Positions 17,962 to 27,755 of a stretch of DNA of 64,000 nucleotides are shown here, piece by piece. The first letter of the stretch is position 1. Every line of letters starts with the position of its first letter. Under the pieces are notes generated by a model. That model saw only the letters and a list, made by a program, of their open reading frames with translations. It was not told the DNA's origin and searched no databases. Origin of the DNA: Planctomycetota bacterium (lineage in GTDB: Bacteria; Planctomycetota; Phycisphaerae; SM23-33); the NCBI GenBank assembly GCA_009908915.1, contig JAAAOJ010000018.1, positions 6,282 to 70,281 on the forward strand. Reading direction: 5' to 3'. A program made the translations under genes and the position numbers.

Positions 17962-18747
17962 ATGCGTTGCAACATCCCAGACGCGGAGTCGCCCGTGACC
18001 GAACAACGACAACCTCTCGCCGGCCGAACCGCCCTGATTACCGGCGCGGCCAAACGACTCGGCCGAGCGACCGCCCTGGCCCTGGCCGAGAACGGCGCGG
18101 CCGTCATCGTCCACTACAACCACTCCGGGCCGCAAGCGACCGAACTCGCCGAGCGTATCCGCCGCGACGGCCGCAGCGCGTGGACCATCCAGGGTGACCT
18201 TGCCGACACCGGCCGATGCCTCGATATCGTCGCCGAGGCCATCGACCTCGCCGGCGGCATCGACATCCTCATCAACAATGCCTCCATCTTCCCCGCCGAT
18301 CGCATCACCGAGACCCGTCCCGCCGACATCGAACGTTGCGTGGCTGTCCACGCTACCGCTCCGCTGCTGCTGTCCCGCACCTTCGCCCGCCACGCCGCAC
18401 GTGGCCACATCGTCAATTTCCTCGACGCCAAGATGCACGAGTACGACGACGCCCACGCAAGCTACCACCTCTCCAAACGCATGCTGCTGACGCTGACGCG
18501 CATGCTCGCCGTCGAGCTGGCGCCCGACATTGCCGTTAACGCCGTCGCGCCCGGTCTGGTCCTGCCGCCGGAAGGCAAGGACGAAAGCTACCTCGACACC
18601 CTGGCCGATACCAACCCGCTGCACACGCACGGCTCGGCCGACGATATCGCCCACGCCGTCCATTACCTGCTGACCAGTCGCTTCGTGACCGGGCAGGTCA
18701 TGTACGTCGACGGCGGCCGACACATGAAGGGACACACGTATGGCTGA
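17962..18747 (+). CDS. SDR-family pteridine/dihydromonapterin reductase-like oxidoreductase (FolM-like)
   Basis: Has TGAAKRLG (the TGxxxRxG variant characteristic of FolM/PTR1-type SDRs), NNAS and YxxxK (YHLSK). Its stop overlaps the folB start. A GTG start at 17995 is also possible. Confidence 0.7.
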   Translation: MRCNIPDAESPVTEQRQPLAGRTALITGAAKRLGRATALALAENGAAVIVHYNHSGPQATELAERIRRDGRSAWTIQGDLADTGRCLDIVAEAIDLAGGIDILINNASIFPADRITETRPADIERCVAVHATAPLLLSRTFARHAARGHIVNFLDAKMHEYDDAHASYHLSKRMLLTLTRMLAVELAPDIAVNAVAPGLVLPPEGKDESYLDTLADTNPLHTHGSADDIAHAVHYLLTSRFVTGQVMYVDGGRHMKGHTYG

Positions 18748-19120
18748 GACGACAGGCCCCCGCGACCGCATCCACATAGAGGAACTGCGCGTGCGCTGCA
18801 TCGTCGGCATCCGCGACGAAGAACGCGTCAAGAAACAGGACGTGATCATCCACATCACGCTGCAGGCCGACCTCCGCAAACCCGGCCGCAGCGACGACAT
18901 CGCCGAGACGGTCGACTACGCCACGCTGAAGCAGCAGGTTGTCGAGATGGTCGAGGCCTCGCAGTTCTACCTTATCGAGAAGCTCGCGCAGGAAGTCGCC
19001 GACCTCTGCCTGGCCGCGTCGCGCGTCCATGCGGCAACGGTCACCGTCGAGAAGCCCGGGGCACTGCGCTTCGCCAAGAGCGTCGCCGTGGAAATCACAC
19101 GCACCCGCGAGGACGCATGA
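18740..19120 (+). CDS. folB: dihydroneopterin aldolase
   Basis: 126 aa. DRIHIEELRVRCIVGIRDEERVKKQDVIIHITL...DYATL...IEKLAQEVA is typical of FolB. ATG..TGA overlaps on both sides. Confidence 0.85.
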   Translation: MAETTGPRDRIHIEELRVRCIVGIRDEERVKKQDVIIHITLQADLRKPGRSDDIAETVDYATLKQQVVEMVEASQFYLIEKLAQEVADLCLAASRVHAATVTVEKPGALRFAKSVAVEITRTREDA

Positions 19121-19638
19121 CCCGCCAGGCCGTCACATGCTACGTTTCGGTCGGATCGAACATCGACCCCGCCGCCAACATCCTGGCCGCACTGGATGCG
19201 CTCCGCCGCGAGCATCGCCTCACCGTGACCGGCAGCAGCACCGTCTGGCAGACGTCCGCCATCGGTCGGCCCGAGCAGGACGACTACCGCAACGGCGTCT
19301 GGCAACTGACGACCGCCCTGCCCGCCCGCCAGTTGCAGTTCGACGTACTGCGGGGCATCGAAGACCATCTCGGCCGCCGGCGACCCGACGACCGCTACGC
19401 CGCACGGACGATTGACCTCGACTTGGTCCTCTGCGGCCACCAGACCAGCGACGCCGCCGACCTGCGCCTGCCGCATCCGGACATCGAGCGGCCATGGGTC
19501 GCCGCCGGCGTGCTTGAGTTCGAACCCTTTCTCTCCTTGCCCGACACGCAGCGGCTGCTGGCCTCCCTCGCCCCGTCCGAGCCGCCCGGCGTCGTCGACA
19601 CCGAGCTGACCGCCGCCGTCCAACGTCGCATCGGCTGA
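19117..19638 (+). CDS. folK: 2-amino-4-hydroxy-6-hydroxymethyldihydropteridine diphosphokinase
   Basis: YVSVGSNIDP..., RTIDLDLVL and LRLPHPDIERPWV are HPPK hallmarks. ATGA overlap with folB. Confidence 0.85.
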   Translation: MTRQAVTCYVSVGSNIDPAANILAALDALRREHRLTVTGSSTVWQTSAIGRPEQDDYRNGVWQLTTALPARQLQFDVLRGIEDHLGRRRPDDRYAARTIDLDLVLCGHQTSDAADLRLPHPDIERPWVAAGVLEFEPFLSLPDTQRLLASLAPSEPPGVVDTELTAAVQRRIG

Positions 19639-19956
19639 CGCGCCCAAGATCCGCACCGACGGGCCGCGCGCGTCCAGCCCACGCTTGACGAAGCACCTTG
19701 CCTTCGTTTTGTCGCCAACGATGCCCGGGCGCGATCAAGATGGCCGCGAGACGCGCAGACAAGATGCCTGCGAGGCGAACGACACAACCGCCTCGACGCG
19801 ACATGCAGACCATTGCCCACTGACGGCCAATGGCGTAACGTATACAATGAAAGTCATGTGCGAGCGCTTCGCACGCTGCCCCACTTCGATGTTGACGCCG
19901 GGGTACGAAACTGCCGCGAATGGTGCGGCATGTCCCAAACCGAAAGGAAAGAGAGC

Positions 19957-20625
19957 ATGAACGAGCGAATGAAATGGCTCCCCCTGTTGCTGGTTGGCGT
20001 ACTGGCCCTGGCTGGCTGCGGCGACGAGGAGTCCGACGACGGCGGCGGTAATGGTGGTCATCGTGATGGCGGCAACGGTGAGGCGGCGGCCCCGGCCAAT
20101 GCACCCAAGGCCGTCTGCATGAACTTCATCAAGGCCGTTCACACCGGTAACCAGGAACTCTTCCTCGACAGCCTGGCCTACGAAGACCGGGATGAGGAGA
20201 TGCTCGTCGCCATGTTCGGCTTCCTCAGCGCCACACAGAAGCTGCAGACCAAGGCCCTCGACGCCTATGGCCCGCAAGGCGCGGCGTTGCTTGTCAAGGA
20301 CACCAACTTCCCAAGCATGGCCGATGTCGAAGAGACGATCACCATCGAGGAATCCGGGGACACGGCTACGGCAACCATGCCGGACCAGGACGAGCCGATG
20401 GAACTCATCAAGGTCGACGGCGTCTGGAAAGCAAAGCTGCCCGGAAAGGACCTCCCGCCCGCCGAGAACCGTCCCCAGGCCATCGCCATGATGAACGCCA
20501 TGGCGGCCGTCATGAACGAGGCAATCGGCAACATCGGCAAAGAAGGCTACACGGCCGAAAAGGTTGAGCAGGAAATGAAGGCGGCCATGATGGAGAATAT
20601 GCAGAACCAGCAGCCGTCGGAATAG
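19957..20625 (+). CDS. hypothetical lipoprotein
   Basis: Signal peptide plus lipobox MNERMKWLPLLLVGVLALAGCG, then a Gly/Asp-rich linker. The start is internal to ORF 19813..20625. Confidence 0.6.
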   Translation: MNERMKWLPLLLVGVLALAGCGDEESDDGGGNGGHRDGGNGEAAAPANAPKAVCMNFIKAVHTGNQELFLDSLAYEDRDEEMLVAMFGFLSATQKLQTKALDAYGPQGAALLVKDTNFPSMADVEETITIEESGDTATATMPDQDEPMELIKVDGVWKAKLPGKDLPPAENRPQAIAMMNAMAAVMNEAIGNIGKEGYTAEKVEQEMKAAMMENMQNQQPSE

Positions 20626-20674
20626 CAGCCGCGACCGCTCTGAACAGTCCCTCGTACGCGGTTTTCAGTTCGTG

Positions 20675-20700
20675 CATGGCGGAGCACCTGCTCCGCCATG
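20675..20700. terminator. perfect 12-bp hairpin between convergent genes (possible bidirectional terminator)
   Basis: CATGGCGGAGCA-CC-TGCTCCGCCATG, with T-rich sequence on both sides. Confidence 0.4.
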
Positions 20701-20888
20701 CCAACCTATTTTATGTCGACAGGTTACACCCGGTTGGCATCGAACTCATCGCCGCGATCCGACGCCTCATCGACTGATTCGCATCACGATGTTTTCGCGG
20801 GGGCGGTAGCACTCGCCGGCACGGCTGCACCATCTCGTTCACGCGGTCCAGCAGGTGCTCAACCGCGCTGAGACGAACCACACCAAAG

Positions 20889-20933
20889 CCCCTCACCGGC
20901 TCGCAGACTCGCCACCTCTCCCAACGGGAGAGG
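20889..20933 (+). repeat. REP-like hairpin element
   Basis: ccctcaccggctcgcagactcgccacctctcccaacgggagagg is nearly identical to 54828-54872. Confidence 0.75.
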
Positions 20934-21124
20934 GCTCAAGGCAGAGAATGCGATCACCCTGCATCGCCCGAAGACGGGCTTGAGCAACCTACACGTCCCC
21001 GCACCACAAGAACAAAACGACACCGGCCGCGACGTTCCCAGTTCGCCACGACCGGTGCTTGCTCCACACAGGCCGACGCAGCGCCCCGTCAGGCCCGTCC
21101 ATCAACGGATATCGGTGCTACGTT

Positions 21125-21922
21125 TCAGGCGCGGGTGGATTCGAGCTCCTTCTCCCGAGACTCCAGCTGCGCTCGCAGTCGTTCCATGATGGCCGAGTGC
21201 ATCTGGCTGACGCGACTCTCCGAGAGATCGAGCGTCTCGCCGATTTCCTTCATCGTCATCTCCTCAAAGTAGTAGAGGATGACGATCAGCCGCTCGGCCC
21301 GGCTCAGGCCGCGAGTGATGAGTTCCTTCAGGTCCTTCCGCTGGGCCGAGCGGATCGGGTCCTGGCTACGCCGATCCTCGAGGACGTCAATCTCGCGAAC
21401 GTCCTTGTTACTGTCGGTCTCGAACCACTTGCGTGACAATGAGACGAAGCTCGTGGCGTTCGCGTCGCGCTGCAGCTTGCGGAATTCCTTCATCGAGAGG
21501 CCCATCTGCTTGGCCAGCTCCCTATTTGTTGGCTTGCGGCCGAGCTGGGCTTCGAGATTCTGCGTGGCAGCGTTGAGTTTGCTGGCCCGGCTTCGCACGA
21601 GCCGCGGCACCCAGTCGAGGCTGCGCAGTTCGTCGAGGATCGCGCCGCGGATACGCTGGGCGCAGTATGTCTCGAACTTGACGCCGCGCGACAGGTCGAA
21701 CGCCTTGACCGCGTCCATCAGGCCGAAGATGCCCGAGGAAATCAAGTCGTCCACATCCACCTCGTCAGGCAGCTTCTGGTGCAGACGCTCGGCCGTGTAT
21801 TTCACAATCGGCAGGTAATGCTCCAACAGCCGGTTGCGTGAGTACTCGTCGCCTTTCGACTTGAACGAGTCCCACCACTGCCTGACCTCGTTGGCCGAGA
21901 CTTCGTCTTTCTGCGTTCTCAT
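21125..21922 (-). CDS. fliA: flagellar RNA polymerase sigma-28 factor FliA/WhiG
   Basis: Region 2 (YLPIVKYTAERL...DLISSGIFGLMDAVKAFD...FETYCAQRIRGAILDELR), region 3 and region 4 (LSRAERLIVILYYFEEMTMKEIGETLDLSESRVSQMHS). Start at MRTQKDE with GGAAGGAG upstream. Confidence 0.85.
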   Translation of the reverse strand: MRTQKDEVSANEVRQWWDSFKSKGDEYSRNRLLEHYLPIVKYTAERLHQKLPDEVDVDDLISSGIFGLMDAVKAFDLSRGVKFETYCAQRIRGAILDELRSLDWVPRLVRSRASKLNAATQNLEAQLGRKPTNRELAKQMGLSMKEFRKLQRDANATSFVSLSRKWFETDSNKDVREIDVLEDRRSQDPIRSAQRKDLKELITRGLSRAERLIVILYYFEEMTMKEIGETLDLSESRVSQMHSAIMERLRAQLESREKELESTRA

Positions 21923-22186
21923 CCTTGCACTCCTTCCAATCCGTTGATTGCCAACAGCCAGCGGCATCCTTGCCGCGGCCTTTGACACACTTAAGCCTGT
22001 GTGGCTACACTGATTACAGCCGCCGTGCGGTCTCGCGTGAGCAGACGTTGGTCCATCTGCTTCCGCGGGCGCAGCGTCTCTGCCGTTCTGGTTGTCGCTA
22101 CCTTATTCTCTGCCCATCGACGTATTTCTTTAGCGTTTCGTGCCCATGGGTTGCGATTTCCCTGTCGCATCACATGCGCTCCCGGT

Positions 22187-24295
22187 TCATGCCTGCTTGG
22201 CCGGAGCCGCCGCAACCGAATCCTCGGTCGCACGCTCCGCCGTGACCTCCGCTACACTCTGCAGCAGCAGGCCGGTTGTTTCGTTGTGTCCCAGAACCAC
22301 CGCGACGATGTCGCGGCGTCGCAGCAGTCGCAGCACGGCCTGGCGTGCGGCAGCGCCGCAGACCACCACCGCCGTGCGCCCGTCGCGGGTGAGGGATTCA
22401 ATCGCCGCACGCAGCGACTCGATGGCGGCTTCCATATCCCGCAGCCGCACCGCCGCCGGCTCGGCCGCCATGCGTCGGGCCAGGGCGTCGAACTGCGGAC
22501 TCGTCGTCACGCACCACAGGCGGCCCTCGCCGTCCAGCCACGGCTGGCAGAGACAACGGCCGAGACGTTCACGGATGATCCGCACCTGGTCGTCGAAGTC
22601 GTCGCTGGCCTCGGCGGCTTCGCAGATGGCCTCGAGGACGGCCTCGCGGTCGCGAAGCGATACGCGTTCCGACAGCAGCCGATGCAGCAGCCGCTGGATA
22701 CGTCCCAACGAAAGCTTGCGTCGCGCCTCGGCGACCACGTCGCCCGCCGTCGGCTCAAGGGCGCTGAGCATATCGGCCACGCGCTGGCGGCTGAGGAGTT
22801 CCGCGGCGTGGCCGGTCACGACAATCTCCACGTGGTCCACGAGAGCGTCGGCCGGCTCGCGAACCCGCAGGCCCGCCATCTCCGCCACCGGCCGCTGACC
22901 GCGGGCAATCCACGTGCCGGTTCGGCCGTCGTCGATGCGTCCGCTCGGCGTTCCGCCCAGACGGCGGACCGTCTCCACGTCGCCGCTGGCAAGCAAACGG
23001 CTCGGGCGCAGGCGACCCGTTGCGACCACGGCGCCGCGGAGGCAGATGCGGTACTCGTGGGCACGGATGTTCATGTTGTCGCGAATCCATACCGGCGGGA
23101 TGACCAGCCCCAGCCGTTCGCCAAGCCGTTCGCGAAGGTGACCCAGACGGTCGACGAGGTCGCCGCCGGTCTCGCGGTCGACCAGCGGAATCAGGGCATA
23201 GCCGAGATCGATCTGCATCGGCCGAACCGGCGCGGGCTCGATGCCCTCGGTCCCGTCGGCGTCTCGTGTCGCGTCCGTCGGCTCGACCGTCTCGCCCCCC
23301 CGCCCGGCCTTGAGTCGCCAGGCCGTCAGCAGGCAACCCGCCGCCAGCAGCGCCAGCGGCAAGGTCGGAAGCGACGTGAGCATCAGCACGCCAAGGAAGG
23401 CGGCCGTCACCACGAGCACCGCCGGACGACGCGTCAACTGGCCGAACACTTCCTCGCCGAGATTTGCCCGGGCCGTCGCGCGCGTGACCATCAACGCCGC
23501 CGAGACGCTCACCAGCAGGGCCGGGATCTGCGCAACCAGGCCGTCGCCGATCGTCAGTCGCGAGAAGAGCCCGACGGTCTCGCCCCAGCTCCAGCCGTAC
23601 TGCACCATGCCGACGTACAGACCGCCGCCGATGTTCACGAGCGTGATCACGACCGCGGCGATGGCGTCCCCGCGTAGGAATTTTGATGCGCCGTCCATCG
23701 CCCCGTAGAAGTCGGCCCGGGCGGCCACGTCCTCGCGGCGGCTGCGGGCTTCGGATTCGTCGATAAGACCGGCGTTGAGGTCGGCGTCAATCGCCATCTG
23801 TCGGCCGGGCATCGCATCGAGGACGAACCGGGCCGCCACTTCGGAGATACGGGCGGCGCCTTTGGTGATGACGACGAACTGGATGATGGCGATGATCGCA
23901 AAGAGGATAACGCCGACGGCCAGCGACCCGCTGGCGACAAACTCGCTAAAGGTCCAGATCACCCGCCCGGCGGCGAGGTGTGCCTGCCCGGCGCCCCCCC
24001 CTCCCTCACCGGCTGTCAGGATCAGGCGTGTCGTGGCGATATTCAGCACCAGCCTCAGCAGCGTTGCGCCGAGCAGCACCGACGGGAAGACGCTAAACTC
24101 CATCGGGCTGCTGACGAAGATCGTCGTCAGGAAGACCACCGCCGCCAGCGTGATGCTGCCTGCCAGAAGAACGTCCATAACCACCGGCGGCAGCGGCACG
24201 AGAACGACGAAGATCAGCGCCGCCGCGGCGGACGGCACGATGTAGCCGCGAAGCCGGCCAGCCCGATCGGTCTGTTGGAGGCCCGCCGGCATCAT
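22187..24295 (-). CDS. flhA: flagellar type III export gate protein FlhA
   Basis: 702 aa. N-terminal TM domain with the conserved FHIPEP-region pattern (FPSVLLGATLLRLVLNIATTRLIL, RISEVAARFVLDAMPGRQMAIDADL), followed by a large cytoplasmic domain. Confidence 0.9.
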   Translation of the reverse strand: MMPAGLQQTDRAGRLRGYIVPSAAAALIFVVLVPLPPVVMDVLLAGSITLAAVVFLTTIFVSSPMEFSVFPSVLLGATLLRLVLNIATTRLILTAGEGGGGAGQAHLAAGRVIWTFSEFVASGSLAVGVILFAIIAIIQFVVITKGAARISEVAARFVLDAMPGRQMAIDADLNAGLIDESEARSRREDVAARADFYGAMDGASKFLRGDAIAAVVITLVNIGGGLYVGMVQYGWSWGETVGLFSRLTIGDGLVAQIPALLVSVSAALMVTRATARANLGEEVFGQLTRRPAVLVVTAAFLGVLMLTSLPTLPLALLAAGCLLTAWRLKAGRGGETVEPTDATRDADGTEGIEPAPVRPMQIDLGYALIPLVDRETGGDLVDRLGHLRERLGERLGLVIPPVWIRDNMNIRAHEYRICLRGAVVATGRLRPSRLLASGDVETVRRLGGTPSGRIDDGRTGTWIARGQRPVAEMAGLRVREPADALVDHVEIVVTGHAAELLSRQRVADMLSALEPTAGDVVAEARRKLSLGRIQRLLHRLLSERVSLRDREAVLEAICEAAEASDDFDDQVRIIRERLGRCLCQPWLDGEGRLWCVTTSPQFDALARRMAAEPAAVRLRDMEAAIESLRAAIESLTRDGRTAVVVCGAAARQAVLRLLRRRDIVAVVLGHNETTGLLLQSVAEVTAERATEDSVAAAPAKQA

Positions 24296-25356
24296 GCCGT
24301 CACTCCTTCCGTCGCCTCAAGGACGTCCAACACGTCCTGCTGCCATCGCCGCGGGACGGCCTGTCCGCTGCGGGCGACCGCGGCCAGTCGAGCAGCAAGA
24401 TCGGCCACGAGCACAACGGGAATCTCGTTCTCTTCAGCCCGTCGCCGAATCTGCTCGGCGTCGCGGCCGTGGCCGGTGGCGAGGATGTGTGGACACCGCA
24501 TGCCGTCGGCGTAGCGGATCGCCAAGGCCGGTCCGCCGGGCGCGGACAGAACGGCCGTCGCGTGCCAAACAGCCACGCCGGGTCGCTGCCGTCGCTGTTC
24601 GCCGCGTCGCCGCATGTGATGGCGAACGGCCGGGTCGCCTTCCTGGCGGCGGCGGTCCTCTCGCCACTGGGCGTGTGTCATCTTCAGATCCCAACGGTGC
24701 TGCCACCGCTGGTACAGCCGGTCCAGTACCGCCAGGGCCGTCAGCCCCAGCGCCAGTGGCCACGCGGCCCGGCCGAGGGCCGAGCCGGCAGCCTCGCCGA
24801 TGCTGTGGGTATCGCCCGCGCCGACCTGCAGCAGTCGCTGCCAGTAGGCCTGCAACGTCGTGACGACCACCACGCCGGCAAGGCTCAGTTTGCCGAGCGT
24901 GAAACCCACACGAACCGCCGTCCGTCGCGATGCAATGCGTTGAAGCCCGGCCAGGGGAGACACTCGATTCCATTGCGGCTTGATCGGCTCGGCCGACCGC
25001 ACCGCTCCCACCTGCACAATACCCGCGGCGAGGGCCGCCATGAACAGCCCCGCCATGATACCCACCAGTGGCACCAGCACGCCCTGCAGCGCTTGGCCGG
25101 CCGACTCGGCCAGGGCCGCCGGGGAGGCCAGCGGATTGCTTCGACCGTCAAGCAGCATGGCCGTCATGTCGCGCAGCCCGGCGACGATGTAGCCGCCCAG
25201 CCAGGCGACCAGCACGACGGCCGTCAGAATGACCGCGGCGGCCGTCAGGTCGGCGCTGCGGGCGACCCGGCCCTGCCGGCGGGCGTCCTGCAGTCGCTGC
25301 GGCGTGGCCTCGTGCGTTGCCGTCGACGCGTCGTGTTGTTCGGCAAGTTGCGTCAT
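24292..25356 (-). CDS. flhB: flagellar type III export switch protein FlhB (non-canonical autocleavage site)
   Basis: N-terminus HEATPQRLQDARRQGRVARSADL, four hydrophobic segments, and cytoplasmic KMTHAQWREDRRRQEGDPAV...AVLSAPGGPALAIRY, where NPTH is expected. ATGA overlap with flhA. Confidence 0.85.
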   Translation of the reverse strand: MTQLAEQHDASTATHEATPQRLQDARRQGRVARSADLTAAAVILTAVVLVAWLGGYIVAGLRDMTAMLLDGRSNPLASPAALAESAGQALQGVLVPLVGIMAGLFMAALAAGIVQVGAVRSAEPIKPQWNRVSPLAGLQRIASRRTAVRVGFTLGKLSLAGVVVVTTLQAYWQRLLQVGAGDTHSIGEAAGSALGRAAWPLALGLTALAVLDRLYQRWQHRWDLKMTHAQWREDRRRQEGDPAVRHHMRRRGEQRRQRPGVAVWHATAVLSAPGGPALAIRYADGMRCPHILATGHGRDAEQIRRRAEENEIPVVLVADLAARLAAVARSGQAVPRRWQQDVLDVLEATEGVTA

Positions 25357-25359
25357 GGT

Positions 25360-26139
25360 TTATCCCTTGGCTCCGGTGCTGACGGCCTCGCTGAGAGCCC
25401 GCTGCGTGATCTGCCATGCCTGGTCCGTCAGTGGCACGAGGGCTGCCACGGCCCCGCCGAGGACGATCAGGCCCAGCAAGGCCCGGGCGGGCAGGCCCAT
25501 GTTGAACACGTGAAGTTGCGGCATGCTTCGCTGCACGACGCCGAGCACGACCGTCACCACGATCAGCGCCAGCAGCACCGGGGCCGCCACCTTCAGTGCC
25601 AGCAGAAAACTGCTGCCCAGCAGCCCGACGACGAATTTCAACAGCCCCAGCGGCTGCCAGGCCGCGCCGAGCGGCAAGGTTTCGTAGGTACCCATCAGGG
25701 CCGCGGCGAGTTGCATGTGGCCGTCGAGCAGCACGAAGACCGCAATCGCGCCGACGACAAGCAGCCGCTGCAGCGGCCCGCCATTCTGTCCGGCTGACGG
25801 GTCGGCCAGTTCCCCGATCGTCAGGCCCATCTGCGTTGCCACGTGCCAGGCCCCGATAGCCATGCCCGTGAAGATCAGTCGCACGCCCAGGCCGATCACC
25901 AGCCCCATGCCGAGTTCCATGACCACCGCCGCCAGCAGCGACGCCGGCGCCGGCGCGACCATGGCGGGCTCGAACAGCCGGCCGAGAACCGCCACGCCCA
26001 ACACCAGGGCCATCGCCACGCGAAGACGCAGCGGCACGGTCATCGCCGCGAAGGGCGGCGCGACCAGCAGCACGCCGGCGGCCCGGCAGGTGGCCAGCAG
26101 CAGCGTCAGCGTCCAGGCGATGTTGGTTGCGTCGTTCAT
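25360..26139 (-). CDS. fliR: flagellar export gate protein FliR
   Basis: 259 aa from MNDATNIAW, polytopic and hydrophobic. Position between fliQ and flhB is canonical. Confidence 0.8.
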   Translation of the reverse strand: MNDATNIAWTLTLLLATCRAAGVLLVAPPFAAMTVPLRLRVAMALVLGVAVLGRLFEPAMVAPAPASLLAAVVMELGMGLVIGLGVRLIFTGMAIGAWHVATQMGLTIGELADPSAGQNGGPLQRLLVVGAIAVFVLLDGHMQLAAALMGTYETLPLGAAWQPLGLLKFVVGLLGSSFLLALKVAAPVLLALIVVTVVLGVVQRSMPQLHVFNMGLPARALLGLIVLGGAVAALVPLTDQAWQITQRALSEAVSTGAKG

Positions 26140-26147
26140 AGGGTTTC

Positions 26148-26402
26148 TCAGGGTAGCGAGTACATGCGCCGGGCGAAGTCGAGGAGCATCGTCAGCATCC
26201 ACGGCAGGGCCACGATGGCCACCAGCATCACGCCGATGACCTTCGGCACGAGGCTGAGCGTCGGGTCGGTCACCTGTGTCAGAGCCTGGGCCAGTGCGGT
26301 CGCCAGGCCGATGACCAGCGCCGTCGCCAGAAGCGGTACGGAAACGGCCAGCAGCACTCCCAGTGCCTCTCGCATCCAGTCAATGGCCTCGTACGGGAAC
26401 AT
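26148..26402 (-). CDS. fliQ: flagellar export gate protein FliQ
   Basis: 84 aa with two TM segments. The pattern LLAVSVPLLATALVIGLATALAQALTQVTDPTLSLVPK is typical of FliQ/SctS. Confidence 0.85.
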   Translation of the reverse strand: MFPYEAIDWMREALGVLLAVSVPLLATALVIGLATALAQALTQVTDPTLSLVPKVIGVMLVAIVALPWMLTMLLDFARRMYSLP

Positions 26403-26411
26403 AGGGTCGTC

Positions 26412-27251
26412 TTACGTTGCGAAGCTGCTCATGAGCGTCCCGGCAACGAGCGTCCAGCCGTCGGCCATGATGAACATGAGGAGCTTCAAGGGTGTTGCTA
26501 TCAGGACCGGCGGCAGCATCAGCACGCCCATGGACACGAGCACCGTGCCGACAAGCATGTCGATGATGACGAACGGCAGGAGAACTCTCAGGCCGATGAT
26601 GAAGGCGACCTTCAACTCGCCGAGCACGAAGCCCGGGACCATCGACCAGGTCGGCACGTCCGACCAGGCGAGGTCGTCGCGATGGGCGACGACGGGGTCG
26701 AGGAACGGGTAGACGGCATCGGCGGTCCCGGCGGATTCCATCTGGCCGATCATGAACCGCCGCACGGACGACTCGGCCCGGCCGATCGCCTCGCCCTGGG
26801 CGAGCGTGCCGTTCATCATCGGCGCGACGGCCTGCTTGTGAATCGTCTCGATCGTCGGTGCCATGACGACCACGGTCATCAGCAGGGCCAGGCCGAAAAG
26901 GATCTGGTTGGGCGGCAGCTGCGGCATGGCCAGTCCTTGCCGCAGCAGGCCGAGAACGACGATGATCCGGGTGAAGCTCGTAACCATCACGGCAAGGGCC
27001 GGCGCCAGTGAAATCACCGTCACCAGGGCAACCCACTTGACCAGCGAGGCCGTGTCCGCGGACGTGTCGATACCGGGGGCCGTGTCCCCGAGTTCCTCGG
27101 CGGCGGCCTGGCTGGCCTCGGCGACGGCAGTCGGCGCGCCCGCGCCGGCAGGTGCGCCGTTGGGGACGACCTCGTCGGTGCCTTCGGCGGCGGTAACGAC
27201 CGCGGTCGCGGCCAGCAGCCACAGCAGCAGAAGGATGATCTGGCGCGTCAC
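26412..27251 (-). CDS. fliP: flagellar export gate protein FliP
   Basis: Signal-like N-terminus, then TSFTRIIVVLGLLRQGLAMPQLPPNQILFGLALLMT and ELKVAFIIGLRVLLPFVIIDMLVGTVLVSMGVLMLPP, which are FliP/SctR hallmarks. Confidence 0.9.
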   Translation of the reverse strand: MTRQIILLLLWLLAATAVVTAAEGTDEVVPNGAPAGAGAPTAVAEASQAAAEELGDTAPGIDTSADTASLVKWVALVTVISLAPALAVMVTSFTRIIVVLGLLRQGLAMPQLPPNQILFGLALLMTVVVMAPTIETIHKQAVAPMMNGTLAQGEAIGRAESSVRRFMIGQMESAGTADAVYPFLDPVVAHRDDLAWSDVPTWSMVPGFVLGELKVAFIIGLRVLLPFVIIDMLVGTVLVSMGVLMLPPVLIATPLKLLMFIMADGWTLVAGTLMSSFAT

Positions 27252-27733
27252 GCCTCGCCCCCTTCCGCCTGCTCGCGCGCAGCCTTGCCGGCAACGATGC
27301 GTTCGACCTCGGCCGGGTCGTCAACCTCGCCCAGTCGGGCCATTCCGGCCGGGCTGCGCCCGACGAGCACCAGTCGCCCGCCCATGCGGACGAGCACAAG
27401 CTCCTGCTTGGTGGTCACAGCCGTTCGCGAAACGACCCGCAGTACGTCTGATTCTGTCGATGCCGTTTGGCCACCCAGACGGCCAATGGCCCATCGCAGG
27501 GCAATGATCAGCCCCACGACGATCGCCAGGGCCAGCAGCATCTGCAGCCAGGCTTTCCACCCGCCGGGACCGTCGCCGCCGTTGTCGCGTGACGGCAGCC
27601 GGCGGTTTTCCGGATCGTCCATGGACGGCGGGTCCGAAGCGGCAGGTGCGGTCCCGGCCGCCGCCACAGCAGCCGGGACCCCCACGATCGTTATCGCGGA
27701 AAGGAGCACCAGGATGGTTGTTCGTCTCTTCAC
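27248..27733 (-). CDS. fliO: flagellar biosynthesis protein FliO-like
   Basis: 161 aa with a single central TM (WLQMLLALAIVVGLIIALRWAI), followed by LRVVSRTAVTTKQELVLVRMGGRLVLVG. Canonical position before fliP with a 4-nt overlap. Confidence 0.65.
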   Translation of the reverse strand: MKRRTTILVLLSAITIVGVPAAVAAAGTAPAASDPPSMDDPENRRLPSRDNGGDGPGGWKAWLQMLLALAIVVGLIIALRWAIGRLGGQTASTESDVLRVVSRTAVTTKQELVLVRMGGRLVLVGRSPAGMARLGEVDDPAEVERIVAGKAAREQAEGGEA

Positions 27734-27755
27734 GTCGGTCCTTATGATCGGGGCT

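Noticed and set aside
16570-18197. 449-aa and 471-aa plus-strand ORFs rich in Arg and Pro
   Set aside because: They are out-of-frame or antisense shadows of the 16858..17871 and 16042..16797 genes. Their extreme Arg/Pro/Gly composition is characteristic of wrong-frame translation of GC-rich DNA.
22001-26712. Long plus-strand ORFs (22001..23677, 24469..25797, 25843..26712 and others) across the flagellar operon
   Set aside because: They are antisense to flhA, flhB, fliR, fliQ and fliP, all of which carry diagnostic motifs. The compositions are biased (Arg/His/Gln/Gly) and there is no homology.
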